Assembly (NCBI GenBank): GCA_964543985.1
Contig: CAZJBW010000010.1
Span: 9,684 to 73,683, forward strand
From: an uncultured Pirellulaceae bacterium
Lineage (GTDB): Bacteria; Planctomycetota; Planctomycetia; Pirellulales; Pirellulaceae
Length of the DNA stretch: 64,000 bases
Direction of reading: 5' to 3'
In this document: positions 63,097 to 64,000 of the stretch, in pieces
How positions within the stretch are numbered: the first letter of the stretch is position 1
Layout of the letters: each line of letters begins with the position of its first letter
Position numbers and translations under genes: made by a program
Notes under the pieces: generated by a model
What the model saw: the letters and a program-made list of their open reading frames with translations, nothing else
Database searches by the model: none
What the model was told of the DNA's origin: nothing

Positions 63097-64000
63097 ATGA
63101 AATCAATTCATTGGCCGGCGACAGCTCGATTGCCAAAGCAGATGCCAGCCATCCGCTTGGCGATGTGGGCAGGAATCGTTTTGCTGGCCACTATCAGTTG
63201 CCAGTTTACGGTCGATGCTTGGGCGCAAGAGTTTCAACCGAGCGTCCAAGATAACCCACTGGATTCAATCACACCCGAAGACCAACCGCCCCAAGACTTG
63301 GCCGCAGCGGCAGCCGCCGAGGCTGAAGACAACGAGGTCGTGTACAAGGAAAAGGGCCTGAACCTGTTGGACCTGCTGTGGCGTGGCGGTTGGTTCATGA
63401 TCCCGTTGGCGATTCTATCAATCGTCGTGGTGGCGTTAGGGATCGAGCGTTGGTTTGCGCTGCGTGAAGAAAAAGTGTTGCCAAAACAATTGATTCGCGA
63501 ATTGGGAATGTTGAGTCGTGCCGAAGAAGGTTTCGACCCTCGACTTGCATTCCGTGCGTGCCAAGCACACCCTTCAGCGGCCTCGCGAGTCCTACGCGTC
63601 ATGTTGCTTAAGGCCGGGCGTCCACAATCGGAGGTTGAAAACGCGGTTGCGGAAGCCGCGGAACGCGAAGCGACTCGGCTACAAGCGACGGTGTCATGGT
63701 TGACCCTGGCAGCCGCGGTTGCTCCGCTAATTGGGCTTCTGGGTACGGTTTGGGGCATGATCCAGGCGTTTTACGACACCACTCAACTGGTCGCTGGCCA
63801 AAACAAAGCAGAAGTGTTGGCTCAAGGAATTTACACCGCGTTGGTTACCACGCTAAGTGGTTTGCTGATCGCTATCCCATCCGCTGTGTTGGCCCACTTT
63901 TATGACAACCGCATCGTCGGTTGGTTTCACAAGATCGAGGAACTGGCTGCCAGCCTGACGCCGATGATGGAACAGTTCGAAGGACAAATGCGAGCCACCG
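63097..64000 (+). CDS. MotA/TolQ/ExbB-family proton channel protein, 3'-truncated by the window end (absent from ORF track)
   Basis: Manual translation from ATG 63097: MKSIHWPATARL...WRGGWFMIPLAILSIVVVALGIERW...LTLAAAVAPLIGLLGTVWGMIQAF...GIYTALVTTLSGLLIAIPSAVLAHFY. This is the typical ExbB/TolQ core. No stop codon before position 64000. Confidence 0.8.
   Translation, partial: MKSIHWPATARLPKQMPAIRLAMWAGIVLLATISCQFTVDAWAQEFQPSVQDNPLDSITPEDQPPQDLAAAAAAEAEDNEVVYKEKGLNLLDLLWRGGWFMIPLAILSIVVVALGIERWFALREEKVLPKQLIRELGMLSRAEEGFDPRLAFRACQAHPSAASRVLRVMLLKAGRPQSEVENAVAEAAEREATRLQATVSWLTLAAAVAPLIGLLGTVWGMIQAFYDTTQLVAGQNKAEVLAQGIYTALVTTLSGLLIAIPSAVLAHFYDNRIVGWFHKIEELAASLTPMMEQFEGQMRAT

Noticed and set aside
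63234-63758. 174-aa minus-strand ORF
   Set aside because: It lies antisense to the open-ended ExbB/TolQ frame, which has clear family motifs.

Overview
The window appears to be a chromosomal segment from a Planctomycetota (Pirellulales-like) genome; this is inferred from gene content (sulfatase, prepilin-like and TPR proteins, Lys/Ala-tailed HhH protein), not from any search. It splits into two parts. (1) Positions ~1..38596 form a large integrated, plasmid-like mobile element. A tyrosine integrase (36379..37926) faces the 3' end of tRNA-Arg(UCG) (38597..38670, minus strand). I could not find the element's left end in the window. The element carries a replication/transfer backbone: HTH protein, wHTH replication initiator with in-gene iteron-like repeats, DnaG-type primase, two divergent replication-relaxation proteins, two divergent VirD4/TraD/HerA-like ATPases, an Xis-like gene and RadC. 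It also carries conflict-type cargo: (a) a three-gene short-pAgo operon whose SIR2 partner carries an inserted Schlafen/HATPase_c_4-like module; (b) a ParDE-like toxin-antitoxin pair; (c) a PfkB kinase / 2TM protein / P-loop nucleoside-kinase cluster; (d) an AT-richer three-gene operon of unknown function; (e) a tightly coupled five-gene operon encoding a membrane vWA protein, a divergent tubulin/FtsZ-like GTPase (apparently split from its C-terminal part), a TM coiled-coil protein and a HerA/VirD4-like ATPase. The five-gene operon (e) is my best candidate for an undescribed system, followed by the atypical pAgo operon (a). (2) Positions 38597..64000 hold core genes: yebC, an EndoIII-like protein with a histone-H1-like tail, rbfA-infB-nusA, vWA and secretin-like envelope proteins, a ketosynthase-like protein lacking the catalytic Cys, a polyprenyl glycosylphosphotransferase, a sulfatase, an RdgC-like protein, a Wzz/GumC-like protein, a pseudopilin-like protein, a large TPR protein, and a 3'-truncated ExbB/TolQ gene that is absent from the ORF track. 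All functional calls rest on motifs read by eye from the translations. No database search was run.
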